A DNA stretch of 64,000 nt from Verrucomicrobiales bacterium (GCA_031411295.1 JANOAV010000035.1:68926-132925); one strand, 5' to 3'; positions 27,777-38,361 are shown, counted from the stretch's first letter. Notes: generated by a model not told the origin, from the letters alone. Numbers and translations: made by a program.

Positions 27777-29336
27777 ATGATTCTGACTACCTGTATTCAA
27801 AGTATCGCATTCGCAGCCTTTCTTGTTTTCCCCGAAGGGGACAGCAAGGGCCTCCAAGGAGAACTCAAGACCGCTTATGAAGCGCTGCAGACCAATGACT
27901 ACGCCAAGGCGTTGAAGGGTTTCAAGGGCTTGGCTGACAAAAATGACAAGAAAGCACTGCTGGCCATGGGACGGATTTATCAACAAGGCCTGCCTGGCAA
28001 GGATGGCGTCCAGCCGGATCTCAAAGCAGCCGAGGGATACTATCGGAAGGCCAGCGCTGCCGGAGAAGAAGCTGCCGGGTTGGAATTGGCGGTAATCCTG
28101 CTGGGCGATGCGGCCGACGCCAAGCGCCAGAAGGAAGGTCAGGACCTGCTGAAAACGGCGGCGGAGAAATCCTCCAAAGCCATGCTTCTGCTAGGACAAC
28201 TGCAAGCCAACGGTCAGGGTTTCACCCAGGACCTGTCGGCGGCACGGGAAAATTTCGAGAAAGCCGCCTCCAAAGGCGAAGGCGAGGCCTACAATTTCCT
28301 GGCCCAGATGTATGAATCTGGCAAAGGCGTGAAACAAAGCCTGCAGGACGCAGTGGACAACTATGAGAATGCCGCCAAGCTCGATTCGGTTACTTCGATG
28401 CTCAAGCTGGGCAACATTTACGCGAATGGCGTTAAGGATGGCGACAAGGAATTGATCAAGCCAGATCTGGCCAAGGCCAAATCTTATCTCCAAACCGCTG
28501 CCGCCAAGGAAGATGACAAAAAGCACGGCACCACCGGCACCATGAACCTGGCCGCCTTCTATGAACTCTATGAGAAGAAGCCGGAAGACGCCTTGGCCGC
28601 TTACAAGAAGGCCGCGGAGATCGGTGATTACAACGCCATGGTCAAGGTGGGCAACATGCTGACGGACGGCCAAGGCACGGCCAAGAATCCCGAGAGCGCT
28701 TTCAAATCCTATCTCGCATCGACTGCGGAGACCGAATCTGGTAAACTCAGCGGCAGTCCTGCGGGCATGATGGCCGTTTCCATCTCGTATGAAAAGGGCA
28801 CTGGGGTGAAGGCAGATCCGGCCAAGGCCAAACAATGGCTGATGTATTCCGCGATCGGCGGATATGCTCCCGCCATGCGGCAACTCGGCGTTAATTACAA
28901 GGACGGCAAAAGTGCCCTCAAGGACATCGTGGCCTCCATCACTTGGCTGCAAAAAGCCTTGGCGGCGGGCGATGCGGAATCTGCCATGATCCTCTCCGAA
29001 ATGCTGGAAAAGGGGGAAAGCGATCTGCCGCAAGATTTCCGTCAAAGCAACGCCCTGCTGACCAAGGTGGCCGAAGCGGGATCCCCCGAAGCGCAACTCC
29101 GCCTCGCCAACAACAACTACGAAGGCAAAGGGACCTCCAAGGATGTCATCCGCGCCTATGCTTTATTGCTGGCCGCTGGTGATTACGAGCCCGCCAAGAA
29201 AAAGCGCGAGGAAGTGGTTAAAACACTGACCAAGGAACAAATCGCAGAAGCCAACAAGGAAGTGGACCGCATGCGCAACAAGCCATCTGCCGCAGTGGCC
29301 CCAGCTGACGCCAAAGGGGCTGATAAAGCCAAATAA
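27777..29336 (+). CDS. Sel1-repeat (TPR-like) secreted protein
   Basis: Numerous Sel1 units (A..W..KAA..G...A...LG.MY..G.GV..D), for example LAQMYESGKGVKQSLQDAVDNYENAA. Confidence 0.85.
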   Translation: MILTTCIQSIAFAAFLVFPEGDSKGLQGELKTAYEALQTNDYAKALKGFKGLADKNDKKALLAMGRIYQQGLPGKDGVQPDLKAAEGYYRKASAAGEEAAGLELAVILLGDAADAKRQKEGQDLLKTAAEKSSKAMLLLGQLQANGQGFTQDLSAARENFEKAASKGEGEAYNFLAQMYESGKGVKQSLQDAVDNYENAAKLDSVTSMLKLGNIYANGVKDGDKELIKPDLAKAKSYLQTAAAKEDDKKHGTTGTMNLAAFYELYEKKPEDALAAYKKAAEIGDYNAMVKVGNMLTDGQGTAKNPESAFKSYLASTAETESGKLSGSPAGMMAVSISYEKGTGVKADPAKAKQWLMYSAIGGYAPAMRQLGVNYKDGKSALKDIVASITWLQKALAAGDAESAMILSEMLEKGESDLPQDFRQSNALLTKVAEAGSPEAQLRLANNNYEGKGTSKDVIRAYALLLAAGDYEPAKKKREEVVKTLTKEQIAEANKEVDRMRNKPSAAVAPADAKGADKAK

Positions 29337-29359
29337 CTCAAGAGTTCAAATCCAAATCC

Positions 29360-29402
29360 GCAAACGGGCTGATCCTAACCAGGGTCAGCTCGTTTGCTTT
29401 TC
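29360..29402 (+). terminator. Rho-independent terminator after the Sel1 gene
   Basis: GCAAACGGGCTGA..TCAGCTCGTTTGC stem with one mismatch, followed by TTTT. Confidence 0.65.
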
Positions 29403-29690
29403 CCAGGGACTGGGGCCTTGGAAGAGGAGGCAGCGCGACCCGATGACCAAGCCAAACGGTAGAATGTGAGGCAGCCCGCTGGGCTGATCTACACTGATTA
29501 TTCCACAGCCGCCACTGGGAGAGGTGTGCTTCCAATAAAGGGCTTCGCCTGTGGAATAAACCCTCCTACCAGGCGCTCCTCCGTGAAAATTATTCCTTGC
29601 CACCCGGGCCAGCGAGCAGGATGCGAAACCCTGCTGATTGCCAATTTACGTCAACTGAGCACCAGCATCCCCCCTCCAATCTGATTTTCC

Positions 29691-31421
29691 ATGCAACTAT
29701 CCCGCATCCTTGCCTACGTCCGGCGTTATCCCAACATGATCGTGCTGCAACTGCTCAGCGCCATCGGGGGGGCCTTGATTGTGTGGGTGCCGCCGTGGGC
29801 CATTCAACAAATTGTCGATGGCGTGAACAAGCACATCGGCACCACTGCCCTGCTCCCCATGGCCGGGTTGGCTGCGCTGGCTTACTTCGGACGGGATTTC
29901 CTGAACGGGACCCGAATCATGCTGAATAATACGTTAGAGCAAAAGGTCATTCGCGACATCCGCAGCGATCTCTACGAACGCTTGCAGCGTCTCCCGCTCC
30001 CATGGTTCGACAGCAAACCCACAGGCGATCTCATGACCACCGTGGCCGAGGACGTGCCCAGTATGGAACGCATGTTGATCGATGGGGTGGAGCAGGGGCT
30101 CGTAGCCGTGCTGCAAATCCTGGCCGTGGGAGCGTATTTATTTCACATTAACCATCAGTTAGCATTGATGACGCTGGTGCCCATTCCGCTGCTAGCCATC
30201 GGGGCTTTGCTTTACACACTGACGGCCAAGGGCCGCTACAAAGCCATGCGCACCGCCACCAGCGAAATGAATTCGCTGCTGCACGATAACATTTCCGGCA
30301 TTCGGCAAATCAAGGCCTACGGCATGGAGAAGGATGAACATGACCGCTTCAACAGCTATAGCAATCGGCTGCGCCTGGCCACCCTGAAAGTCATGCGCAC
30401 TTGGGCGGTCTATAATCCCACCATGAGCTTCCTGGGCTCCATGGGCGTGGTGCTCGTGTTGCTGAGCGTTGGCTTCAACTGGGTAACGGTCACTCCGAGC
30501 CCGGGCGAACTAACCGGTCTGCTCTGGAGCCTGGTTCTGTTCTATGAACCCGTGGGCCGACTCCATTCGCTTAATCAAATTTTCCAAGCGGGCCGGGCCG
30601 CCTCCGAGCGCGTCTTCGGTATCCTGGATGCCGCAGAAGAGCCTCACGTCAGCGATGGGGCGACGCTGAAAATCTCGTCCGCGCATGTGAAATTCGACAA
30701 CGTGGTCTTCACCTATAGCGGTAAAAACGCCACCCTGCGTGGGGTTAGTCTGGAAGCGAAGCCCGGCCAGACCATCGCCCTCGTCGGGCCGACGGGAGCC
30801 GGGAAATCCACTGCGATCAATCTACTAACACGCTTCTACGAGGCGGAATCCGGCACCATCACGATCGACGACCAAAACATCCAAACTCTCTCCAAGCCCA
30901 GTCTGCGGGCCGCCATCGGCTATGTGACCCAGGAAAGTTTCCTCTTCAATGGCACCGTGCGCGACAACCTTGTCATCGCCAAGCGGGATGCCACCGACGA
31001 AGATCTCTGGCGCGTGCTGGAAGCCGCCAACGCCAAAGCCTTCGTCGAGCGCCTGCCGGAACTCTTGGATACCCAAGTGGGCGAACGCGGGGTGCGCCTC
31101 AGCGTGGGAGAGAAACAACGCATTTCCATTGCTCGCGCCTTGCTGAAGAACCCGCCCATCCTGCTGCTGGATGAAGCCACTGCCAGTGTGGACACAGAAA
31201 CGGAACGCCTCATCCAGGAAGCGTTGGAGCGCCTCATGGTCAACCGCACCAGCCTCGTCATCGCCCACCGCCTCAGCACCGTGCGCCACGCAGATCGCAT
31301 CTACGTGTTCGATCAAGGACAGATCGTAGAACAAGGCACCCATGAAGAACTGCTAGCCGAAAACGGCCTCTACGCCGACCTCTGCCGCAAATCCCTCATG
31401 GCCGAGCCAGCCGCAGTCTAG
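29691..31421 (+). CDS. ABC transporter, fused permease/ATP-binding exporter (MsbA-like type)
   Basis: Six-TM N-terminal domain, then Walker A GPTGAGKST, signature LSVGEKQR, and Walker B ILLLDEATASVD. Confidence 0.9.
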   Translation: MQLSRILAYVRRYPNMIVLQLLSAIGGALIVWVPPWAIQQIVDGVNKHIGTTALLPMAGLAALAYFGRDFLNGTRIMLNNTLEQKVIRDIRSDLYERLQRLPLPWFDSKPTGDLMTTVAEDVPSMERMLIDGVEQGLVAVLQILAVGAYLFHINHQLALMTLVPIPLLAIGALLYTLTAKGRYKAMRTATSEMNSLLHDNISGIRQIKAYGMEKDEHDRFNSYSNRLRLATLKVMRTWAVYNPTMSFLGSMGVVLVLLSVGFNWVTVTPSPGELTGLLWSLVLFYEPVGRLHSLNQIFQAGRAASERVFGILDAAEEPHVSDGATLKISSAHVKFDNVVFTYSGKNATLRGVSLEAKPGQTIALVGPTGAGKSTAINLLTRFYEAESGTITIDDQNIQTLSKPSLRAAIGYVTQESFLFNGTVRDNLVIAKRDATDEDLWRVLEAANAKAFVERLPELLDTQVGERGVRLSVGEKQRISIARALLKNPPILLLDEATASVDTETERLIQEALERLMVNRTSLVIAHRLSTVRHADRIYVFDQGQIVEQGTHEELLAENGLYADLCRKSLMAEPAAV

Positions 31422-31524
31422 CCCGCATTTCTCACCAGATTCAGCTGCGGCCCCCACGCAGCACTTGGGCACTAACCGTGTTTATGGGATTGCAAGAGCC
31501 CCTGCCCGGTATGATTGTGCGAAC

Positions 31525-32415
31525 ATGAGAAATTTTCTTAATTCAGCAAGGTTGTGCTGGGGCGTGATGTGCTTCTGGCTGACTGGGCCGCCACTCGTCT
31601 GCGCACGTGAATTTACCAACGCTGAGGGGAAGCAGCTTGAGGGAACGATTGTCTCCGCTACGAAGGATAATTTTGTCATTGAAACACCAGAACGGAAACG
31701 CCTGACCATTCCCCTGAATAAAGTGGTGGCTGCTGACCGGGAATTTGTGGTGCAGTGGCGGAAGGTCAATCCTGAGATCAAACTAACGGTGTCGGCCATG
31801 AAATAGCGATCCGAAAAAGGAACCCCGTCCGCGAGTGGGAGGATTGATCAAGGGCATTGGAAAATCACGATCAAAAACAACACCCCGGAGCCGGTGGAAA
31901 ACCTCAAGCTATACTACCTGCAGGTTAAGGAACTGAAGGACGAGATGGAAACGGAGCGGAGCAAGATGCTCAAGATTTTCAAAGAAGCCGGTTCGATGGA
32001 CTTGGAACCGCTGCCGGCTTTCGGTTCTATCGTGATGAACACGAATGATCTAACGGTGGGAAACTTTTACGGCACGAACACCGCCGGTTACGTCGAGAAG
32101 TGGACCTCTGATCTGAACGCCCTGAATGTCGAAATCCTCTGGGGCAAACGACCAGTGTCCACTACGACTATTGGGAATTATGCCGGTCTGGGGTCAGGGC
32201 AGGCGGAAGTTGAGAAGCTAGCGAAGGATGGCGAACTCTCCGAGGAAGATCGCACCAAGGCGCGGGAGGAACGGAAGCAAAAGCGTCTGGACGCCCAAGT
32301 CGATCGGGATGGCGAGAAAGTAAATCCAACTGCGACGGAGGACACGGAGAAGGTTGGCGGCTCTGCGACGGAGCGGGACGGAGAATCGGTGCAGACCAAG
32401 CTCAAGCAAAAATAG
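31525..32415 (+). pseudogene. SHD1-domain secreted protein interrupted by a single in-frame TAG (31804..31806)
   Basis: ORFs 31525..31806 and 31894..32415 share one frame, and the 87 nt between them have no other stop: ..IKLTVSAMK*RSEKGTPSASGRIDQGHWKITIKNNTPEPVENLKLYYLQV... The N-terminus has a signal peptide and an SHD1-like REFTNAEGKQLEGTIVSATKDNFVIE..IPLNKVVAADREFV. Confidence 0.5.
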
Positions 32416-32472
32416 TCGGCGGATTACTAATCAACTAAGGAGGGTGGACATACGGTCCCGGTTGCGGGCAGA

Positions 32473-33396
32473 CTAACCTTTCATCGGGAAGCAAACTTTC
32501 GTCCGGAGTTCCGCCTCTGGTGTGCTCTGCGGGCTGTTTTCATAAATCTCGAAGGGGTGGATCGACTTGTTGGAGCGAAACAATTTCGCCCTGCCATGAC
32601 TCATGCCCGCGCTCCAGGCATTGCCGAGATGACGATAGGCACCCACATGCAGAATGGTATAGACGGGACCAGCAGGCAGGTTTCCGCTGACAAATTCGGC
32701 CGTTACTTGCGGCAGCGAGGCCACGGGAATGCCAACGGTATATTCCACGAAATTCTTCATGGGATTCCAGCGATGATACTGGGCGAAGGGGCTCCCAGTG
32801 GGCTCCAGGCCGCTTTGCTGGAACCACGATTCCAGTTTCCGGAGTGCGCGCTCCATCTCTGGACCAATGTCAGGAATGGCGCAGCGGGATTTCACTCCGA
32901 TGTAGTTGCATCCGGCAAAATTATCCGCGCCCAAAAACTCCAGACGGGATGGGGCCGAGCCTTTTTCCACCACGTCTTTCAAGAGCTTGAGTCCGCGGTC
33001 ATAGCCCATGCCTACGAACGTCTCCATCATCCGTTTGAGGAAGAACATGAAGAAGGGCAGGGAGCCATCCATGCTCCAATGGACCTGCGTCCCACCGGCT
33101 TGGGGAACAAGTTCGAAGCTCACGGAGGCCACCGATTTCCAAGGCTTGAGAAAGGTGAGGCGGCAATCCATCCGATGCGCGGGATCTTCCTCGAGGAGTT
33201 CCATTTGCCCACTGCCGATGATCTTGCCATCCCACTGATAGCTCCGGCCATCCGCAGCATACGTCATGCTGCAACCGGGCTCAATCAAGTTTCAAGGGGA
33301 CCAAGCGGGCCATTGCTGAAAGTTCCGCAGCGCTGGATAAATTTGCTCTGGGGTGGCTTGGATCACAATCGATTTTCGGATGGTAAGCTTAGGCAT
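32473..33396 (-). pseudogene. SRPBCC (START-like) + GyrI-like effector-binding protein with an in-frame TGA (33292..33294)
   Basis: Minus-strand reading from the ATG at 33396: MPKLTIRKSIVIQATPEQIYPALRNFQQWPAWSP*NLIEPGCSMTY.., continuing into the 271-aa track ORF. The TGA sits where SRPBCC proteins of this type usually have Trp (W..WSPW). Confidence 0.55.
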
Positions 33397-33513
33397 AAGA
33401 CAAATGGTGGTTGGATGCCGTTGCATTGGAGCACGGTTAGCAACTGAGAGCAAGCCAGAACTGTTTCCTGAAGCCGGACGTTAGAGGGAATGTTCCACAG
33501 GAAAGTTGCTTAC

Positions 33514-33878
33514 GGGGGTGTTCAAAATCAGACTTCTAACCAATGATGTATTACTGCGTTAGTTAAGACTGTATTGTCCCCGGCAGGGGACGCAGAGCTT
33601 AGCCGGGGGTTGAGCGCAGCGATACCCCCGGTAACCTTACAAAATGACCGCATCCCGGCAGGGATGCCAGAAAAGGAGCAGGCTGGGAACATGTCAGGCT
33701 CACAATCCGATCAGATTGCCGATCTGGCATCCCTACCGGGATGCAACTCTTTAGGGATCTGTCCGGGGGTATCGCTACGCTCAACCCCGGCTAAGCACTG
33801 CGGCCCCTGCCGGGGACAATCCCGGCTTAGATAAGGCAGGATTTATGTCCCGGTTAGGAGCCGTCTTTTGAACACCCC
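33514..33878. repeat. 365-bp imperfect palindrome (MITE-like element or large structured RNA)
   Basis: Outer arms GGGGGTGTTCAAAATCAGACTTCTAACC (33514..) and GGTTAGGAGCCGTCTTTTGAACACCCC (..33878). Inner ~57-nt arms at 33574..33630 and 33761..33819 are nearly perfectly complementary. Nested local hairpins include CCCCGGCAGGGG and GCATCCCGGCAGGGATGC. Confidence 0.7.
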
Positions 33879-34133
33879 AGTCCCTTACCTCTACGGTGTC
33901 ATTTGGATCGGCGTTGGGTTACTGCGCCTGCGTGCCAGGTTCCTTGCTAGACCACAACTTCGAAATGAAAAGTAGAGTTACAAGCGACGCGCGTCCCGCC
34001 GTCGTCATTATGCCGAGCAGATTTAACGTGTGACGGGAACGCGGCCAGCGTCGGCGGCTGGAAGCACGCCGCCCCCAGCGAAGCCTGCGGAATAATCAGT
34101 CCTAGCCGGACGCCAGAGCGAATGGAGCCGTCA

Positions 34134-35405
34134 CTACTGAATGACGGCCGCCCCAAAATAGGGCTGGAGCACTGCCGGAAGGTGAATGCTTCCATCCGGT
34201 TGCTGATACGTTTCCAGCAGGGCCACATACAAACGGGCTAGGGCCGTGCCGGAGCCGTTGAGGGTGTGCACAAAGACGTTTTTCTTCGTCTCTGGATCTT
34301 TGTATCGACAACGCAAACGCCGTGCTTGGTAGTCACCGAAATTGGAGCAACTGGAAACCTCCAAGTAGGCTCCCTGACCTGGAGCCCAGACTTCGATGTC
34401 GTAGGTTTTACAGGCGCTGAAGCCAATATCTCCAGTGCACAGTTCAATGACGCGATAGTGCAATCCCAGCAACTGCAGCACCTTCTCGGCCTCGGCCGTG
34501 AGCGATTCCAGCTCCGCCATGGAATCCTCCGGACGGACCAGTTTCACCAATTCCACTTTGTCGAATTGATGCATTCGAATCAGGCCCCGCGTTCCCACCC
34601 CGGCAGCCCCGGCCTCGCGACGGAAGCACGGGGTGTAAGCAGTGTAACGAATCGGCAGTTGCTCGGCGGTAAGGATGTCATCCCGATGGATGTTCGTGAC
34701 GGGGACTTCCGCCGTGGGAGCCAGGAACAGATCGTCCGTCTCACAGTGGTATTGTTGATCGGCAAACTTGGGCAACTGACCCGTTCCGAGGAGTGAATCC
34801 CGATTCACCAGATAGGGCGGCAAAATTTCCTCGTAACCATGTTCCCGTGTATGGAGGTCGAGCAGGAAATTAATCAACGCCCGCTCCAGGCGAGCGCCCT
34901 GGCCGCGATAGAGTGGGAAGGCACTGCCTGCGATCTTGGTGCCCAATTCGAAGTCGAATAAATTCAGGGTTTTGCCCAGCGTAACATGATCCTTAGGATC
35001 AGCCACATCCGGTTTGGTGCCCCAGACGCGGACCTCGGGATTGGCCTCCGCATCGGCCCCCACAGGGCACTCGGCGTGGGGTAGATTAGGGATGGACAGC
35101 AGCAACTCCTCCTGCCGCGCTTCCGCCGCCGCACTGGTCTTGTTTAGTTCGTCGATGGTATGGCCAATCCCCCGCATCTCAGCCTCGATGGAGGTCGTAT
35201 CCTGCCCCTGCTTCTTGGCTATTCCGATGTCCTTACTGACTCGATTGCGGTCACTCTGGAGTTGTTGCTTCTCGGTCTCGGCAGAACGGCGTGCTTCATC
35301 GCAGGCTAACACGTCATCAAGGAGTTTCCACACGTCCCCACCCCGCTGTTGCAGGCGGCGTTTGACGTCATCAGTTTGTTCACGAATTTGGCGGATATCT
35401 AGCAT
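34134..35405 (-). CDS. serS: Serine--tRNA ligase
   Basis: N-terminal coiled-coil MLDIRQIREQ.. and a class II core (FRREAG, GSGTALARL). Confidence 0.95.
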   Translation of the reverse strand: MLDIRQIREQTDDVKRRLQQRGGDVWKLLDDVLACDEARRSAETEKQQLQSDRNRVSKDIGIAKKQGQDTTSIEAEMRGIGHTIDELNKTSAAAEARQEELLLSIPNLPHAECPVGADAEANPEVRVWGTKPDVADPKDHVTLGKTLNLFDFELGTKIAGSAFPLYRGQGARLERALINFLLDLHTREHGYEEILPPYLVNRDSLLGTGQLPKFADQQYHCETDDLFLAPTAEVPVTNIHRDDILTAEQLPIRYTAYTPCFRREAGAAGVGTRGLIRMHQFDKVELVKLVRPEDSMAELESLTAEAEKVLQLLGLHYRVIELCTGDIGFSACKTYDIEVWAPGQGAYLEVSSCSNFGDYQARRLRCRYKDPETKKNVFVHTLNGSGTALARLYVALLETYQQPDGSIHLPAVLQPYFGAAVIQ

Positions 35406-35564
35406 AGGGCGGGTATTGTGGCGGAAATCAGACGCTGGGCAAGCGGATTCAAGACCTTCGAGTTCCCGCTCTGGCTGGAGAAAGTCACTGGCTATCCGTT
35501 TGCCGCCGCCATTGCCAAAGAGTTGGCAGGGGGAACAGAAGGCTAATTAAGCTACGAGCGAGCA

Positions 35565-38231
35565 CTAATTCATGAACAATGGTATGCTAACCGTGAAGGT
35601 AGTTCCGTGACCGACGATGGAATTGATGTGCAGGGTGCCTCCGTGGAGATCTACGCAGCGCTTCACAATGACGAGACCGAGGCCAGTGCCAGGAATATCT
35701 CCTACGTTGCTGCCGCGTTGGAAGGCTTCGAAAAGATTTTTCTGATCCTCAGGCGGGATCCCGATACCTTGGTCGATCACTTGAAAAACCGCTAAATTCC
35801 CCTCACGTTTGCTGGTGAACTGGACCGCTCCTCCGTCCGGTGAGTATTTCACAGCGTTGTGGATGAGGTTGGAAAAAATATGCCGCAACAGCGCTTCATC
35901 AGCCTGAGCGTTACTCAGCAAGCCTTCGGTCACGCAGGTGATGGTGCATTTACGATTCGTGGCGGAGAGGCATTCATCGGTGAGTTTGCCTGCCAGAGTT
36001 TCCAGATCGCAGGAGGCTAGTTTACACGACACAGCTCCCGCTTCGACCCGGCCCAACACGAGCATTTGTTCCATCAGTCCGGCCATGTGACGCGTGGAGG
36101 AAAAGATGTCCTGTTGTAGTTCCGCGCGTTTATCGGCCGCTAGGCGTTCATCGTAATGGCGAATTAGCTCGATCGCGCTCATGATGATCCCTAACGGCGT
36201 GCGGAATTCATGGCTCACCATGGTGACGAAGCGGGATTTCAATTCGCCCAGCTCACGTTCCTTTTCCAATGCCAGGGTGAGTTCCGCCTGGGTCTGCTTC
36301 AATTCGGCGGTGCGTTGATTGACGCGCTGCTCCAGCGTTTGATTCAAGGCCAGCATGGCTTCCTCAGCCGCTTTTGTTTCCGTAATATCATTGTGCACCG
36401 TGACCACCTCAATGATCTGACCGGCTTCATTTTTCAAAGGATAGAGCACCCCGCCGATCCAGCGGTAGGTGGGTGGATCTTGGCTAACGGGGTAAGGAAC
36501 CGGCGGCACTTGAATGGCCTGCCCTGCGAAGGCTTGGCGAATGAGGTTGACGGCACCGGAGGCGTTGAGGTCGGGATCTTGCAGCACGTTAAAAGCCAAC
36601 CCCTGCTCCTCGGTGAGCCGGAAGAGTTTCATCCAGGCAGCGTTGACGCGTTTGGTCTGACCATCAGGCGCGAAAATTTGCACACTGAGCGGGCTTTGCT
36701 CAAAGAGCAGTTTCCAGCGCAACTCGCTCTCCCGGGCGGCCGCGGTGATGGACTTCAACTCCGCCGCAGCCTTCGCGTGCCTGCGGGTGGTGCGGCGCAG
36801 GATGGCGATCCAGCCTAGCAAGAGCGCCAACAACGTCAGGGCACTACCCGCCCAGAGCCAGAGTTGGCGGGAGCGCGCATGGGAGGAAACACCCAAGGAT
36901 TGCACGTCGCTCAGGGATGAAAGTCGCAATTGGATCGGTTCCTGCGGAGTGATGCGCTCTACCAGAACGTTGGCTAGCAGCTCATCATCCACCTTCAGAT
37001 TCGCAAAAGCGGTGCGACCAGCGGTTTGGTAGCTCAGAGGCACGGAAACGCCCTCATCTTCCAACAGCATGACGGTGCGCCACTCGCCACCGCCTACAGG
37101 TAATGAATGCAACAGCGTGAGGCGGCCGTGCACTTGCACGAGATCATGCGTCCATTTGCCCGCAGAGATTTCGCGCAGAGTGGTGGGGATGGGCTTTGGT
37201 GCAGGCTGGTGCCCAAGGACGCGGACGTGGCAGTAGCAGAGCGCAAATTTCTGTAACTCAGGCTCTGCGGTGTCCGCCATCGGCGTGCCCACCATCTCTA
37301 CCACATCGCCCGGCTGCAACTGTGGCAAGGATCCCGCATCGGCATATTCTTCATCACTGGCTACCCGCGGCCAGGCGGTCGCCAGGAGATTGCATTGCGC
37401 GCCCTCATGACTTGCCATGCCGCGCAGATAGATCATGCGTTCGCCAAAACGTGCCAGGACCGTGCCGGAAACCTTGACCCGAGAGCCAGGGACCGTGCGC
37501 TGGGCCGCCACTTCCGGCAAGGAAACCGCTGGGGCCTCGAAGGGGTCGGCGTGGCCAGGTTGGAGAATTTCAATTTGCGCGACGCTGGGAACCGTCATCG
37601 CGCCAAAGGCATCGTGGCTGGTCTCACTGGCATTGACGCCTGTTAGGCGAAGTTTCGCCCCCATGAGAAGGGTGGCGATCGGTGGACGGCTCTCCACCCG
37701 CACTGCCACCGTGGTCCAGCCGTCAGCGCCCACCAAGACGATCATTAGCTCGTTCGTGTGGCTCCGGAATTTCCAGCGCAGCACATGCCCTTCCACGCTG
37801 ACCCATTGGTCGAAGTTCTCGAATCGATTTAGCGCCCTAATGGAAATGGGTTTCGGAGGCGGGAGGTGGCCTTGCTCATGAACCTGAATTTCACGGGCTC
37901 GCACTCTGGGATGCGAGTGGCCTGCGATCACATGGGTGAAGGTTTCGCCCGTCACCTCCAGGGACACTCCAACCTTGGGACAAACCATGTTTCCCGGCAA
38001 ATGCACTCCCACGCTGCGAGTGCCATCATGCAGCGTGAGAGCATGATCCACCGGGCTGGCATCGATCACCACCCCGTTCAACTTCACCGGGGAAGCGGGC
38101 TCCCCTGGCTCCCGCCGTGTGACTTGGTCAATGCTCGTCTGTTCCTGCGCACGCATTACCCCGCCTGTAATGCTGGAAAGGATTGCGATGATGAAGAGCT
38201 GAAAACGAGGAGCGCGCATAAAACTCGGCAA
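35565..38231 (-). CDS. Orphan sensor histidine kinase HK1 (large extracytoplasmic domain, TM, PAS, HisKA, HATPase_c)
   Basis: Signal/TM at the N-terminus, TM segment LWLWAGSALTLLALLLGWIAIL, a PAS region, H-box SHEFRTPLGIIMSAIELIRHYDERL, and G boxes DQGIGIP and GTGLGLVI. No adjacent response regulator. Confidence 0.9.
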   Translation of the reverse strand: MPSFMRAPRFQLFIIAILSSITGGVMRAQEQTSIDQVTRREPGEPASPVKLNGVVIDASPVDHALTLHDGTRSVGVHLPGNMVCPKVGVSLEVTGETFTHVIAGHSHPRVRAREIQVHEQGHLPPPKPISIRALNRFENFDQWVSVEGHVLRWKFRSHTNELMIVLVGADGWTTVAVRVESRPPIATLLMGAKLRLTGVNASETSHDAFGAMTVPSVAQIEILQPGHADPFEAPAVSLPEVAAQRTVPGSRVKVSGTVLARFGERMIYLRGMASHEGAQCNLLATAWPRVASDEEYADAGSLPQLQPGDVVEMVGTPMADTAEPELQKFALCYCHVRVLGHQPAPKPIPTTLREISAGKWTHDLVQVHGRLTLLHSLPVGGGEWRTVMLLEDEGVSVPLSYQTAGRTAFANLKVDDELLANVLVERITPQEPIQLRLSSLSDVQSLGVSSHARSRQLWLWAGSALTLLALLLGWIAILRRTTRRHAKAAAELKSITAAARESELRWKLLFEQSPLSVQIFAPDGQTKRVNAAWMKLFRLTEEQGLAFNVLQDPDLNASGAVNLIRQAFAGQAIQVPPVPYPVSQDPPTYRWIGGVLYPLKNEAGQIIEVVTVHNDITETKAAEEAMLALNQTLEQRVNQRTAELKQTQAELTLALEKERELGELKSRFVTMVSHEFRTPLGIIMSAIELIRHYDERLAADKRAELQQDIFSSTRHMAGLMEQMLVLGRVEAGAVSCKLASCDLETLAGKLTDECLSATNRKCTITCVTEGLLSNAQADEALLRHIFSNLIHNAVKYSPDGGAVQFTSKREGNLAVFQVIDQGIGIPPEDQKNLFEAFQRGSNVGDIPGTGLGLVIVKRCVDLHGGTLHINSIVGHGTTFTVSIPLFMN

Positions 38232-38258
38232 CGATTACCATGAAGTCGCCACCTCCGA

Positions 38259-38278
38259 TATCCGACTAAAGTCGGATA
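38259..38278. promoter_or_regulatory. Perfect dyad TATCCGAC-TAAA-GTCGGATA upstream of HK1
   Basis: 20-bp palindrome centred about 37 nt upstream of the HK1 ATG (38231). It is a member of the recurrent motif family. Confidence 0.6.
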
Positions 38279-38361
38279 AAGACAAGGTGAGAATTTACGT
38301 TAGACCAACCCCTAGCCCACCATGCCGCGCAGCGAAGACCCGGGGCTTCCAACCACCCGAA

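Noticed and set aside
29340-29356. tRNA T-arm-like GAGTTCAAATCC
   Set aside because: No acceptor stem or anticodon arm can be built around it. It lies between the Sel1 stop codon and its terminator.
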